Shown: positions 20,056-50,285 of the stretch, piece by piece
How the letters are laid out: each line of letters starts with the position of its first letter
How positions within the stretch are numbered: the first letter of the stretch is position 1
Assembly: GCF_018977255.1 (NCBI RefSeq)
Contig: NW_024704743.1
Span: 99,264,001 to 99,328,000 of the forward strand
Direction of reading: 5' to 3'
Length of the DNA stretch: 64,000 nt
Source of the DNA: Callorhinchus milii
Lineage: Eukaryota
Made by a program: the position numbers and the translations under genes
The notes under the pieces: model-generated
What the model was told of the DNA's origin: nothing
What the model saw: only the letters and a program-made list of their open reading frames with translations
Database searches by the model: none

Positions 20056-22054
20056 TAAGATAAATAGTTGACCGAGAATGACTCGGGCAGAAAAAGGTGA
20101 AGCAAATGCAATTAATATTATACTAATCCTTGTATTTGATATAGGACCGCACCACATCATTGAAACGTCTTAAAGCGATTCACAGGATTTACAATAAAGT
20201 GTAGTGACTTGTATTTTGTAGGCGATTTTTGGAACCAATGTATGCACATCCCACAAAACAGCTATGTAATGATCAATATTATGTGGGGAATTATTGGCCA
20301 GAACCCAGGGAGAAAGCAACTTCTGTTTTCGAATAGTGCCATGGGACTATTTAATGTCCACCTAAAGAGGCAGACAGGACCTCGTTTTAATGTCTCATCC
20401 AAAGGAAAGAAACAACCTACAGAAAAAGCACATAATGAATTAAGTAGCTTTCAGCAGGTGAACAACTGGGAAGTGTGTTTTCACTGTCACTCTTCATAAT
20501 GGTGGCTACATAGCAAGTCCAAGGCTCTGATAATCTTGAAGTCCTGAGTGTTCAATATAAAATTCTCCCTGAGGTGTTATTAACATGTAACATGTTAATA
20601 ACACATGTAACATGTAACACGTGGATACAAAAATCTATCTTACTAACAAGAATATCTAGAAGAGCAAACAATATATTAAGCCTGTGAGTTCTGAAGAATT
20701 TCAAAAGCAAAATCACAAAAGAATTAAAAGAAGGATGTTTTACATTTTTTTTTAAAAAATCTGTTGAAACTAGCAGCTAATATTGAATAATTATAGCCTG
20801 AGGTTAAGAAGAGATCACGCAAATATAATTAAAAGCAACTATTCTAATAGTAATGTCAGGGAGATTGACAGCTGAAAGAAAGATTGGGCTTCACCTGAAA
20901 TACAATCATGATTATATTACAGGCAGTGTAGTATAAACATTCTGAGTGTAAATCTATAGCTTGTAGGATACTGTATATCATGTAGAGAACAATGGAGAGC
21001 TGCCAATAAGTATTACAAGATTGTCATAATCTGAAAGGTTTAGATGATCAGTACTGTGGGAGATTGCGCTCACTTATAATGATCCAAACCTTGTGGCTGC
21101 TCCTAAACATGGTTTATTTATATCTAGATTGCATGGAAAATAAGAAGATCTTCGGCCCCAAAACCTCCAGCTCAGAGCTCCTTGCTCTTACTTGCAAACA
21201 TTATAGACTTGATCTAAATACAGGATTAACACAAAGGGTTTCCTGTACGAGCAATGGAGATGCTGCCTCTAAATTGGTAAAATTCTATATGGCGTTCTCT
21301 CTCATTTGTTGCTTCAAATAGGTTTGAACATATTGTTTAGAAACATGGGCCATATTTTCTGAGGGTCAGTCAGTTTCATGTTGTTTTAACATCAATCAAA
21401 AATGGAAGATTTGGCAGTTAATGGGTTGAAAAACTGATCAAATGATATTACTGATTCAGATGATATATGAATACAATTATCATGAAATGTCCAGAGGCTC
21501 TGGGCAGGATTTACTCTCTTATTCTGTTAACGGAGAGTCCTAAAATCTATTGTTTTTATTATGAACACATCACATACAGGTTCCAGAAATCTGTATAGCA
21601 TGAGTTGGCCATATGAATTTCCCACTGAATAGTGGCTGTGGTTAGCAGGGAATAAAAACATATATAGTGAATATACCAAGAAACTACAAATAATTGAAGT
21701 GTTTTGAGTAGAATTCACACATGAAGCAACTTTAATTAATGAAACAAGTGTAATGTTTTGTCAATAACCAGTAAAGCATGAGGGACCATGATTTCCATAG
21801 CAACCTTTCTTTAATACAAAACTTGTATAAAATTTCTCTGGGTTGCCTCTGAAGTGTATTAGCAATTATTCATTGAACTCAAATGATTAATTTTTCATCC
21901 CATTGACTGCCAAATAATAATAATAAATAAATAAATAATCTTCCATGCATGCATATATATATACACACATGCACACGTATGCATCGTTATACAAGACACA
22001 TGCTGACTACTAACAATCGTTAAGTAACATAATGTTTGCATTTCAATAGGACAC

Positions 22055-22060
22055 TTTATT
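22055..22060 (-). promoter_or_regulatory. Candidate distal YES1 polyadenylation signal
   Basis: Minus-strand AATAAA followed by GT/T-rich sequence; would give a 3' UTR of about 3.3 kb. Other AATAAA sites exist closer to the stop. Confidence 0.35.
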
Positions 22061-22543
22061 AGCACATTTATGTTACTGGCTTTCTACAGATGGCAGCTGT
22101 AAAATTGGTGCAAATGGGTAATACAGTATTAACAAGGTAGTGTGCACCAGGAAAATAGTTTCAGTCTGTGCTTCCACAGCAGCACACATGCAAAGCAGCT
22201 TCCTGAAGTGCTTCTGCAATATAAAAACAACATAAGGCAACTCACAGAACTTTGAAGTATGACATTTACAGTGAATCAATTAAGTCTGTAATAATGAAGT
22301 CAAACTGGGTCCGTTGCCCAGGCGGAGGAAAAAAAAAAGGAAAGGAAAAAACTGGATTATTATGTTTTTGTGCAAGATGCTGCTATGATCTTCAAAGTTA
22401 CAAAATATGAAAGAAAATAAAACTTGATTCAATTTTTGTAGTTTTGCTCTTCAGCATTGCTAGCGAGGAATGGGTCGGTCCCACATTACAATGTATCTTT
22501 TGTACAGTACTTGAGTCCTTGGTCTTCCATTATAAACCGGTAT

Positions 22544-22803
22544 AATAATAATAATAATAATCCTTGCATTTGATATAGCGCTTTTCACGTCGGGAGGACG
22601 TCCCAAAGCGCTTCACAGAATATACTGTAAAGTGAATTGACTGTATATTTGTGGGCGAACGCGGCAGCCAATTGCGCACAGCAATGTCCCACAAACAGTC
22701 GTAGATTGAAAATGACCAATTTATTATTGTTTTGGGGTTTTTTGGAGGGATTATTATTAGGCGTGTGGAGTAAGGAAACTTGCCCAAGGTTTCGCCCTGC
22801 CTG
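22544..22803 (-). mobile_element. Young SINE family A copy (5'-truncated), downstream of the YES1 stop
   Basis: Nearly identical to 63137-63441, CpGs retained. Confidence 0.88.
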
Positions 22804-25327
22804 GTATATAAACACATCAAGTATAGATGCAAATATTTTTAATTACTGGCGTAATTATCTCTTGGAAATAGATGTGTATGAAGAGGAAGATAGCTTCCTT
22901 GATACTCGGGTCCTAATAAATCTTTACATTTGATATATATAGCCCCTCATCACATCAAAACATCTAAAAAAAATGCCTAATCAAAAGGACAGCATCTCTG
23001 ACAAGTCAGCACCCTCCAGCACTGCATTGGAGTGGCAGCTTAGACTATGAACTCCAAGCTGCAACGTGTGGCTGGAGCCCATATCCTTCTCACTCAGAGG
23101 TGAGACAGCTGCTGACTAAGTCAGGCAGACACCTGGAATTAGATGGTTTTAATACATCAGGATTGGTTTCAAATTAGAATTTACCTCCCTTCTTGTAAGG
23201 GAGCCTCCAGCCTCCGGTTCATCCATCGTCCCTCTGCTCCACCATAGGTGGCTGTACCTTCAGCCACTAGGCCCTGATACTCTCTCTGTCCCTCAATCCC
23301 TCTGCGTTGCCCCCTCCCTCCCCACTTTCAAATCTCACCTAAAGACCTTCTTCTTGATCTTGCTGACATTCACCTCCCCCTCCCTCTGGCTCGCAGTCAG
23401 ACTCAGTTACTGTCAAGCGCTCCGGGATGCTCCCCCACGTGAAGGGCGCTATAATAAATGCAAATTGTTGTTGTAGTGAATGAGCCAATGGTTTCTCGCC
23501 CCCCCCCCACACAAAACTCTTGGAGTGGTGTACTGTATATATGTGGAAATTGACAGAATATGAAATAATACATAATATACTCTGTACCTACCTTCAAAAA
23601 ATCCTGAAGGTTTCTCTCTTTGCCTGTGCTTACATTGCTTCAGCAATCATCCCCTAGCCTCTCCCATCTCAGGTTCCCACACTGTCCTTGTAAAGCACTT
23701 TGCGAGACATTTTTCCAATGTGAAGCATGGTGGTATACAAGTGCACATTGTGGTGTATTTGCTCCAAGAATCGTGTTGGCCACAACAACAAATTTATATA
23801 GTTGTTTGCTCAGGATAGCATCTTGGGAGCACTGAACACTGGCAAGGTTGGACACTGAGCAAGGGGGAAGAGGGAGGTAACCATACACACAGTCGAAGAG
23901 GTAGGTCTTAAGGCTATTAGATTATATACATGTGTCTGTGGAGAATTATATAAGTGTTAAACTCACACCATTTGATCTAGGTAAAACAATAGATTAGAAA
24001 GGTGACACAAATTAGTGTTTATTTACTGTACAAATATTCTATTACAGGAATGATTCAGTCCATCACCAGAAAGTATTTCTGGCAGTGCTGGAGTTCTATG
24101 GTATTAGTACCGAATACAGACAACCAAAGCTTGCTGATTTTTCAAAAAGTTACAAAACAAATCATAGGTTCCATGATTTCATACAGAGCCCTTTAAAAAT
24201 CTACTGTCACAGGTTAAATCAGAGCACAAAAAAAACATGTAAAAGTGATGGCACTCATCAGAGGATATGTGCTACATTCCCACAGTTAAAGCAGGCCCTG
24301 TAAACATTTGGAGGTCACATTTCATGAACAAATGCTCTTGCTCATTTTTGGGGACTTGTGCTTTTTGCACCAAGAGCATTTCATCATTCGTTCCCACAGT
24401 GTATAATGAACAGTTCACACTTTTATATCAGTAACTATCACAACTGCAGCACTACCACCCATCCATTATTGCTTGATATGCCTGGATCTGCAGGTTTGTT
24501 ATTTTATTAGAACTTTCAATTAAAAGCATATGTTCTTTTGTAGAAATAAACCGTATCTTTAAAATACCAAGTTCTGCTAGGTCATAAATGGAGATACATA
24601 TTCATCCATTCAAAATTTACCCCCCACTCCTCAAAATACACCTCATATGAAGCTAATTGTACGATAGCGTTTCAAGTTTAAAAGATTTGTAGTTTTGTTT
24701 ATAAACAACGTTACAAAACATTGGTTCATTATTTTCCTAGTGTTTTTCAATCAAACCCAAGCTACGTATAAAATTTAAAATCTCATGCTGCATTTCCAGT
24801 TACACCAATACAAAGATTGAACACAGTGCAATACTCAAACATACCACAATCATCTTATTATTGAGGTTTCCCAGTAAATCAAGTTCAGCTCTTGTATCGT
24901 CCAGATTTTACAGACCTGGGCCAATTTAGTTTAAGAAGTTTAAATCTGATTGCTATCCATTTATGCAGGCTAAAAAGTTAGACTCAATCCTCTTCAAAAA
25001 TACATGATTTCTCATTAATACCTAAGTTAGAGTTTCATAGGATCAAAGAAGTCTTCACATTACGATACACAGGCCCTATTCTGTTGCTCCTCCAAACCAC
25101 CATATTTAACATAAAAATTAAGTGTTCACAAAAAATTAGTTCCTTTAGTACCCTGAAATGAAATGGCAAAACGATTAACAAATGTTCTGTTAAAAAAAGT
25201 GGTTCTGTGCAACTGCGCACTGGAATTCCAGACTGTGACCATCATTGTGCACATTGGTAAAGCACTGAAAGGCAGTCACCAACTGTGAGTTTTGGCAGAC
25301 CAACAAGCCTTGTGCAGTTGATGTGGC

Positions 25328-41727
<16,400 letters not shown>

Positions 41728-42788
41728 GGTTGAATCTGTAAGCACAAGACACTACCACTAGAATATAAATATTTAGACCATCTACTTTGACAGAAGAAAA
41801 CTGACAAAAGAACAGGGAATAGGACAATTAGAACAAATCTACATCAGTAAAACAAGAAATAAAGCGCAACAATTCACTTCCCTGTACAAGAGCAGTTACA
41901 ATTCAGGAATGCAACCTTGAAAATGAAGATTCATTAGTCTCAGTTAAAGAATGTATGATTGTGGAACTGTACAATATAAAAATATGTACGACAACAACAT
42001 TTGAAAATGGAACACTACAACAATGTTACACAAGTTCAACAGAAGTTCACATTAAGTTACCTTACTAACGGCAGTTAGTAAAGCTATCTATCTGGCATTT
42101 GCTTGTAAAGTAGTCGCTACACTTTACAGTAAATCCTGCGAAGCTCCAAAACATGCTCTTGACGTGAAAGGCCCTATATCGAATGCCCCATTAAAAAATT
42201 TAACAGAACTAGTGAAATAAGTTGAAGTTGTTGTTGTTGAAATGTCAACAGAATAGGAGGCAATTCATCCCATTTTACTGGGTCGGCATTTGTTCCTTCA
42301 AGAAGCCATGCCAATTCCCAGCTCCCTCCATGTAACTCTAATACTTTTCTGCATGTGTGTATTCATTTTTTTTAGATGCCCCAATCAAGTCCGAGGTGAC
42401 CTCCCACATTGTGATTCGTTATATTACAGATCTATTGGACTGGAACAACCTCAAAGAAGGGCTCAGTCAAACTGCTGTTACTGAATCTGTAGGGAGTTGG
42501 TCTTTGGGAGAGAGCCCAGGTCCAGCTTCAGATGGAGACCCGATTACTTCATATACGAGAGCAATCTCCCAAATCTGCATACCACACGTGGACTTTATTG
42601 GTCAGTCCATGCATTTCCTTAGCTAAGGGAACACAACTGTATGCTGCAAGCTTGTGAATGTGTTAACTAATACAACATCCAGGCAGGATACCCAGCAGAC
42701 AAGGCATCAAAACTAATAGGCAAAGGGGTTTGAGCAGTCCATTCTAAATCCGGCTATAGTTTGAGCCAACTCAAATGCTTACCTTACA

Positions 42789-43541
42789 TATATACTAATA
42801 AAACGACAATGTCTGTCTGCACTTCAAGAAGGATCTCAATAACCGACTGACGTAGAGACATGATTTATACCTCGTCGGAAAGGTCTTGCATCTGGGAGTG
42901 ACATGGGCGTGTTTGTTTTTGGGTATCGCTGATCGTTCATGAGTTATGACCTTTTCACTGCAGTTACACCTGGTGGACGCTGAGTCAAAGTGGTTCTGTG
43001 GTATAGTACGTCACAGAACACCTACTTACATACGAAACGCACTGCAGTTACACCTGGTGGCCGCGCCGGCTGACTGTGGCACTGTGGCATCCTGCTTCAC
43101 AAAGCATGCACTTAGCCAAGCGGCGGAAACAAAATAAAGAACACAGATGAAGCTGAGCTGCGACAACAACAACAAAATTACATTTTTAAAGTCCTTTCAC
43201 TTTAGGAGGACATCCCAGTGATTATAAACTATGCATTTATATTTATCATTATAAAGATGCCTAAGCGAAAATCAAACCTTTCAAGTATAAGTAAAAATGC
43301 ATCACAAAAGAGAGACGGCCCATTAAATGAAGCTGAAGAACAAAGAACAGCAAGGCTGAATGTCAATGCTGAAAGGACTGCAAAAGAGCGCCAAAATGAG
43401 CTGCCCACTCAAAGAACAGTACGGCCAAAATGAGTCCTCCCACATGAATATAGATAGAGATGAAATGTCTGTCTGTGTGTCAATCTCTACTCCACATTGG
43501 ATCCTTTGGGTTGCAAGGGTAGCTGCAATGGGTCCAGGTTG
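42789..43541 (+). mobile_element. Non-autonomous Helitron-like element (copy 2) with RepHel N-terminal relic, in YES1 intron 1
   Basis: 5' tatactaataaa and a following segment shared with copy 1; 3' GTTGCA-agggtagc-TGCAAT hairpin; ORF relic MPKRKSNLSSISKNAS..NEAEEQRTARL (43257-43433). Confidence 0.65.
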
Positions 43542-43747
43542 TAATAAATAATAATAATCCTTGGATTTGATATATGAACGCATCAGTCTCAGCAAACACT
43601 GGCTAGAGAAAAAATACAGTATTTAAAGATTGGTTGTAATAATTCCAATGCATAATGCAAATATTATTTTTGTAATCAATGCTTTAATCTGTAAATATTG
43701 CAATCTAATAGTTCCACGAAAAGGAAATATTGTCTTGAAGTATTTTC

Positions 43748-44081
43748 TCAAAGCACTTCACAGAATATACTGTGAAGTGAATTGACTGTATATTTTGTGT
43801 GTGAAATGCATCAGCCAATTGCGCACAGCAGTGTCCCACAAACAGTTGTGGATTGAGTGACCAATTTTTTTTTATTTTCCTTTTTTTTTAAAAAAAAGGA
43901 TTATTACCCCCGGAAAAGCGATCTGCCATTCGACTAACAACTGGGTTCCTACTTACTGTTAGGTAAACACAGGCGTGTGGAGTAAGAAAAATTGCTCAAC
44001 CTTTCACCCTGCTCAGGAATGAAACCCAGGTCCTCTCACTTGCGAGGCGAGCGCTCTAACCACTGAGCTACAGGACTCCAC
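43748..44081 (-). mobile_element. SINE family A, long subtype
   Basis: tRNA head near 44010-44081, extra central segment and body. Confidence 0.88.
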
Positions 44082-44624
44082 TCAAATGTTTGTCCCAGTT
44101 TGAGACAGACATGGATGTCTGCTTCCGAGGCTATTTTCATTGACTGCTCATTATCCTTAGCCAATAGGGAGATAAGTACTGACATTTTTCTATGTTTCAG
44201 TGACAACAATCAAATACTGCTCAATACCGTGGGAGCCTGCGATACCTTCTCCGGATCTTTGCAAAAAGTGAAAGATTCTACATTCATTCCTTAAAAATTG
44301 AAGGCACGCCACCTCCAATTCTAACTTATTATAATATTGTGAAACTCCTGATCTCTTTCACAAAATCTCCAGGATTTTAAAATTTAAGCTTAGCACCACT
44401 TAACAACCTCTTAAGAACTCTGAGACGCTACCTTGCGTGGAGGGTGCTATATAAGTGCAAGTTGTTGTTGTTCTTAGCTTGTGCTTCATTCTACCCTCTT
44501 TAAACCAGGTGGTATATTTTACTATGGGACACAGTGTTTCCCTAGGTACTCAATAAAAGGCCCTAAAAATAAAATGACAGAAAACAAGTATAATTATTAA
44601 TCAAGAGGCTCTGCAAGGATGACA

Positions 44625-45010
44625 AGATGTCTTAAAGTGCTTCACAGGATATACTGTATAGTGGACTGACTATGTATTTTGTGAACGAAACAGGACAACA
44701 AGTTTTGCACAGCAATGTCCCACAAATAGCCATGGAATGGGTGATCAATTTTATTTGAGGAATTATTGGTCAGGACACTGGAAGAAACTCCCTTCTCTTT
44801 TCATGGAATCATTAACGTCCATCTGAACAGGCAGACGGGACCTCAGTTTACCGTTTCATCCGAGGGATTGTACCTCTGACAACATAACACAACCCTAGCA
44901 CTGCATTGGACTGTCAACTTAGACTATGTGATTCCAAGTCCTGACTTAGGGCTTGAACCCCCAACCTTCTGATTCAAAGGCAAGAGTTCTACCACTGTGT
45001 CAGCCTGACA
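44625..45010 (-). mobile_element. Older Deu-domain SINE, near full length
   Basis: Head, Deu-like core and 3' body shared with SINE A. Confidence 0.7.
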
Positions 45011-47955
45011 CATCTGAAAATTACACTCATTCAATATATATAGTTCCAGCTACCAAATTATAATAAAATAGAAAAAACGTTTGAATGGGAAGTTTTCTAC
45101 ATATCAGAAAAAGCCATTAACAATTTTCAAGATTTTAACTACCAGTTAAATTAGCTGCAGCTGGCTGAAGGGGCCATGGATGTTTTTACATGAAGAACTA
45201 GGTTCAACGAACACTTCTGCAATATCCCAGGCTGTCAAGGGTCATGTCTGTGAGTACCCAATTTACACTGCAGACTGGATTTCACACCAGCATCAACAGC
45301 TGTACATGAGCAGTTGCTTTTAAGTTGCACTTGCCAGTTTGATTTCTGACTGTTGCACCTAAGCTAACCAGTCAGCAAAAAGCAGCAGGGCTGGTCTATC
45401 TAGTATTGACAGATTTTAGAAAAGTATGGAAGCCTTCCCAATGTTATCATTTACTGCCTCTGTAGCCAACAAAGAAAATCAGGTCGATCTCTGTGCATCT
45501 GGAGCCAGTAGCACCTTACACTTACTTACAGCACGACACCTGATTGTATAACCTGCCACTTAGGCACTACTATTACGATAATGCATTGACATGCAGCATA
45601 TCACTGATGTATACATGAATGATCTTGGTAAATCAACTAAAGAACATGCACCTTAAATCAACTAAAGAACATGCACCCTACTGTGCATTGTCAGCTTTCA
45701 GTGCACAGCAGCAGTTAAATCTGCAGCAGCTGATTCCTTTAAATCTACTAATAAAAGGTGTTTATTTCTTAAAAGTTTTACAATACTAAAATCGCCAGCA
45801 CACTGAAAAACTATATTCAGCTTCCCCCTTTAATAATAAACTCATGGCTGCCTTCCATTTCAAAAGCCCTGTACAGTACAAGTTTAAATATAATCTCTCA
45901 AATTGAAGCAGAAAAGGCAGTTTGTTTTTAAGAGTCTATACATTTTAAAGAAATCATAATTGTCACTAAGAAAAAGAATCTTCTCAATTCCAAAATGTTC
46001 ATTGATGGCCCTAACATAACCTGCACAAAGCAGTTACTGTATACAAATAATTAACCATATGGAAAATTTTAACATACTACATCAATTAATTGACAGGTAT
46101 GTACACAGTTACCAATTTAAGAGACTTTTTTTAATGTTCTTCTTAAGGATAGGGATCAAGTCTATTTGAAACAGTATGCAGTATGTTTTCATTGTATGTT
46201 GATGGAGTAGGAACAAGCAACAATCCATTTAAATAAGGAAACGTTAAGAGCTTCTTAAAGAAAACTAAACAAGAACTTTGGTACAGTGGGTTTTCCCACT
46301 CTCCTGTGATCTCCTGGATAGAGTTTAAATCTAATCCAAAATGATGGGATAAAGCCAATACAGTCTTTGTTGTAGAATTAAACAAGTATGATGTGAACTA
46401 CATTTGTGCAGAACTTAACTCCTACAAGACATGAGACTACACCATAAAAGCAATCATGACAAAATGGCAAACTCAATCAGAAGCCATTGGATGCCTGGGG
46501 TGGAAAATAGATATACTCACATGGGTTATATCAAAGGTGCACTATTTACATGGTGTTCAGGGATGCTTGCTGGGATCAGAAAACATAGGCACCGAGTACT
46601 GCCTATCACTTAGGCTAGGTGTCACAAGTATAGTGTTCAATAGCACAGGAATGTTCAAATGTCTACAAGATTACCAGGAGGTAAAGTAACAGGTTAAAAA
46701 CAAATTGTCCTTTGCATTTATAAATTCCACACATGGGTACATAGAAAATAATCTGCAGTAAATGGCGGGTGACTAATGAAACAGCAACCAAGTAAGAAAA
46801 ATGGCTCTTTTTGACTAGTTTCAAAACTTCAGACACTGCCACCTTTCCACAATATTTCACCAGGGCAGCTTTGTGAAGCAAACAGTGAACTGCAGGTATT
46901 CTATTAAAGTGAGAATTTCTAATGAGAAGGAAGTGAATTTGAAACAGTTATTCTGGATTTTATTTCCCCTTTAAAATAAGAAAAAAATGACAATACTGAT
47001 CATTAAAATTTAGTTCCCCCCTTCTTTTAGGGACAATTTAAATCATGTAAAACAATGAACAATTTACCTTTGGGACCAGGTCTTGAATAACCCCAAGACA
47101 ACTGGATGGATCTTATTTTTCTCTCAGCTGTTATAAGTTCACAAATTACATTCATTTCATTTCTGAATCTTAACAGCTGACAGAAAGAGAGCAGTCATCC
47201 CAGCTGTGGTTTCAAACCAGTCGAATACAGGGACAATTTATAAATGCCTACTAATTTCACACCAGCTTTGTAAGGAATCATGGACAATATGGTGTAGGTG
47301 GATTAATGGACACCATTTGGGTACTGTTTTGCAAACTTATCAGATAAGGAAGTGGAACATTTACGAAACAATATTTGAACAGTTTAATATCAATAAATAT
47401 AACTACCGAGCTTGCGCTAAACATACACGCTGAAACTGATTTTTGCAACAATTACGTTTTAGTAGGTAAATCTTAATTTCTCAATTGTCAATGCTCAGAA
47501 CAACTTTTACTATGTTTAGTTAAACCACCCAAATATTTTTTAAATTAAGCACTCAAAAGGGTTATTCTACAAATGGTCAAAAGAATAGTTAACATAGCTT
47601 CCTCAGAAGTTACTGCTGATGTTGGCATGAACAGATTCTTAGTGTCTTGACGCAATACTCTCAGAGCTGACTCAAATCACTTCTCAAGGAATCCCAGCTA
47701 TGGCTTCTACATGTTTGATGGTAAGAATTGGTTAACTTAAACGACTGCAGCTGTACAACATATCATGTATCCAGTTATCAGTGCAGGACAAGGCATTACT
47801 GTAGTGTCATTCTGGAGACACTAATATATACGGTGCTTTATTCTGCTACTACACTCCCAGTGCAAATATAATACTACACTTCCAGTGTAAAATATAATAT
47901 GTATCACATGGATTAAACCACATCAGTTTATTTGGTTTAGTCCATGTGATACATA

Positions 47956-48430
47956 CAACAACTTGCACTTATATAGCGCCTTCCATGCAGGATGGTGTCT
48001 CAGAGCACTTAACAGTGGTGGAGCCTGACTCCGAGCCGGGGGGTGAGAGGTGACCGTAAGCATGGTCGAAAAGGAAGGTTTTTGAAAAAGGGGAGGGGAC
48101 AAAGCGGAGGGACTGAGGGAGAGTGTTCCAGAGTTTTGGGCGGTAGTGGCTGAAAGTGTGACCTCCAATAGTGGAGCGGAGGGTGCGAGGGACAAGCAGG
48201 AGGCTGGTGCCACTTGAGCGGAGGTGCTGGGTGGTGGATTGGGGAGTGAGGAGGTTGGAGAGGTAGGGAGGTGCCAGGGAGTGACTGGATTTGAACACGA
48301 GTGTGAGGATCTTGAAGTCGATCCATTCGGTGATGGGGAGCTAGTGAAGCCTAGCCAGAACTGGTGAGATGGAGGTACGGAGTTTGGTCTGGGGGAGTAT
48401 GCAGGCTGTGGATTTCTGAATCAGCTGGAT
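47956..48430 (-). mobile_element. L2-clade LINE 3' fragment
   Basis: SLAPPYLSNLL..LRSS..KLWNTLP; (CAA)n tail. Confidence 0.85.
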
Positions 48431-49203
48431 TTCATAATGATATTACATTATAAAATGCAATTTTTAAAAACAATTCTCCAATTTTCACTTGACAGTCTAT
48501 TCATGCTCTGCATCAGATACAAGTATTTAGCCAAAAGGTGAAATATGACTGCTGAATTAAGTATATGTACAAGTGCTGAGAACAAATACTATGGTCATAA
48601 AGACAAGTCTACGTAAAGGCTGACAAGACACTGAATCAGATCCAGCTTCCACATTTTACACAGCATTATCTGCACCTATTGCATACGTAGAATAACATGA
48701 GAAATATCTTAACAAGAATCAAAGAGACAACATGAGGTGGCTATATATAAAATACTACAAATAGATGGGATTACATACAACCATTGAAATTTACAGCACA
48801 GAAGCACAAACGGGTCATTTGTAAATTCAGCTATTTTTAGAAGCTACAGTTGATGGAAATTTAAGCAACATACAGATGTTTAAGACACCTTGAAGCTACA
48901 TTCTCTGAATTCTATAACATATTCCTGCATCACAGTAAGGAGTAAGGAAACGTACCTAACATTTCGCCCTGCCTGGGAATCGAACCCAGGTCCTCTCACT
49001 TGTGGGGAGAGCGCTCTTAATCACTAAGCTACATGACTCCTTACGTGTTGTGAAAGGCGCTACACAAATGTTAAAACAACAACAACAAAATTACATCTCG
49101 TCCGCAGGACGGCATTTCCAACAATGCAGTACTCCCCTGATAGAGTGTCAGCCTTTACCAGTGATGGCCACCCTGTTGCCTGTGGAACTGCCAAGAAGTG
49201 CAC

Positions 49204-49534
49204 CCTTGCATTTCATATAGTGCCTTAACACATCTTCAAGACATCTGAAAGCGCTGTAAAATGAATTGACTGTACATTTTGTAGGCAATAAGCAGCACTG
49301 CAATATCCCACAAACAGTCATGGATTGAGTGACCAATTTCTACACAATTCTTTGAAGGGATTATTATCCCCGGAAAGCAATCCGCCATTCGACAAACAAC
49401 TGTGTTGCTACTTACTACTAGGTAAACAGAGGTGTGTGGAATAAGAGAACTTCCCAACATTTCATCTTGCCGGGAATCAAACCCAGGTCCTCTCGCTTGC
49501 GAGACGAGTGCTCTAACCACTACGCTACAGGACT
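49204..49534 (-). mobile_element. SINE family A, long subtype
   Basis: Head, body and tail homology. Confidence 0.8.
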
Positions 49535-50002
49535 ATATTAGGGCTAGGAAGCAAAATTAAGGGCTTTAAACCCTATTTTCAATACTCGCAGCTCCACAGA
49601 GCTAAGGAATCCTGTAGCTATCTGAAAAGGATATGATTTCAATTAAATGTAATGTAACACAATTGTGTAAGTTTTACTGTAGCAGAAGGGTTTAATTTCT
49701 TAAAATACAATTTGATCATTGTATTTTAAGAAATTAAACCTTTCTGCTACAGTAAAACTTACACAGTGGTGTTTAAATTACATTTAATTGAAATCGTATC
49801 ACTATACAGATTCACTATACAGTACCATATACTATACAATAAATGTACTTTTACATACATATAAGAACGCCCAATTCTCCATTTATTATAGTATATTTTG
49901 TGTAGTTTGTTGGGTATACACAACCCAACTGCATCGTTTATATAACCACAAGGGTATTGGTCACTAATAGTGCAGATATTGGGCAATCTACCTAATACGA
50001 TT

Positions 50003-50285
50003 CAACAACAACTTGGATTTATATGGTGCCCTCCACGACGGACGGTGTCTCAGAGCGCTTCACTGTAACGGATCCTGGGGCCGAGCCAGGGGGAGGGGGA
50101 GGAAGGTGACCAAAGGCGCGGTTGAAGAGAAAGGTCTTCAGCAGAGACCTGATAATAGGAAGAGAGGGAGTGAGGCGAAGGGAGTGAGGAGGGGAATTCC
50201 AGAGCCTCTGGGCATAGTGGCTGAATGTACTGCCGCCGAAGGTGGAGCAGAGGACTCAAGGGACGAGGAGGCCAGACCCGGAGGA
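50003..50285 (-). mobile_element. L2-clade LINE 3' end
   Basis: Reverse-complement match to 5128-5372. Confidence 0.8.

Noticed and set aside
42357..42626. Plus-strand ORF containing RYITDLL, reminiscent of ENOSF1 FRYITDVL
   Set aside because: Wrong strand and wrong place (YES1 intron 1), and flanking residues do not align; treated as chance.
45628..45678. Short direct repeats (also about 19809-19848, 20581-20620, 52174-52210)
   Set aside because: Simple slippage duplications or LINE tails; no spacer structure, so not CRISPR-like.
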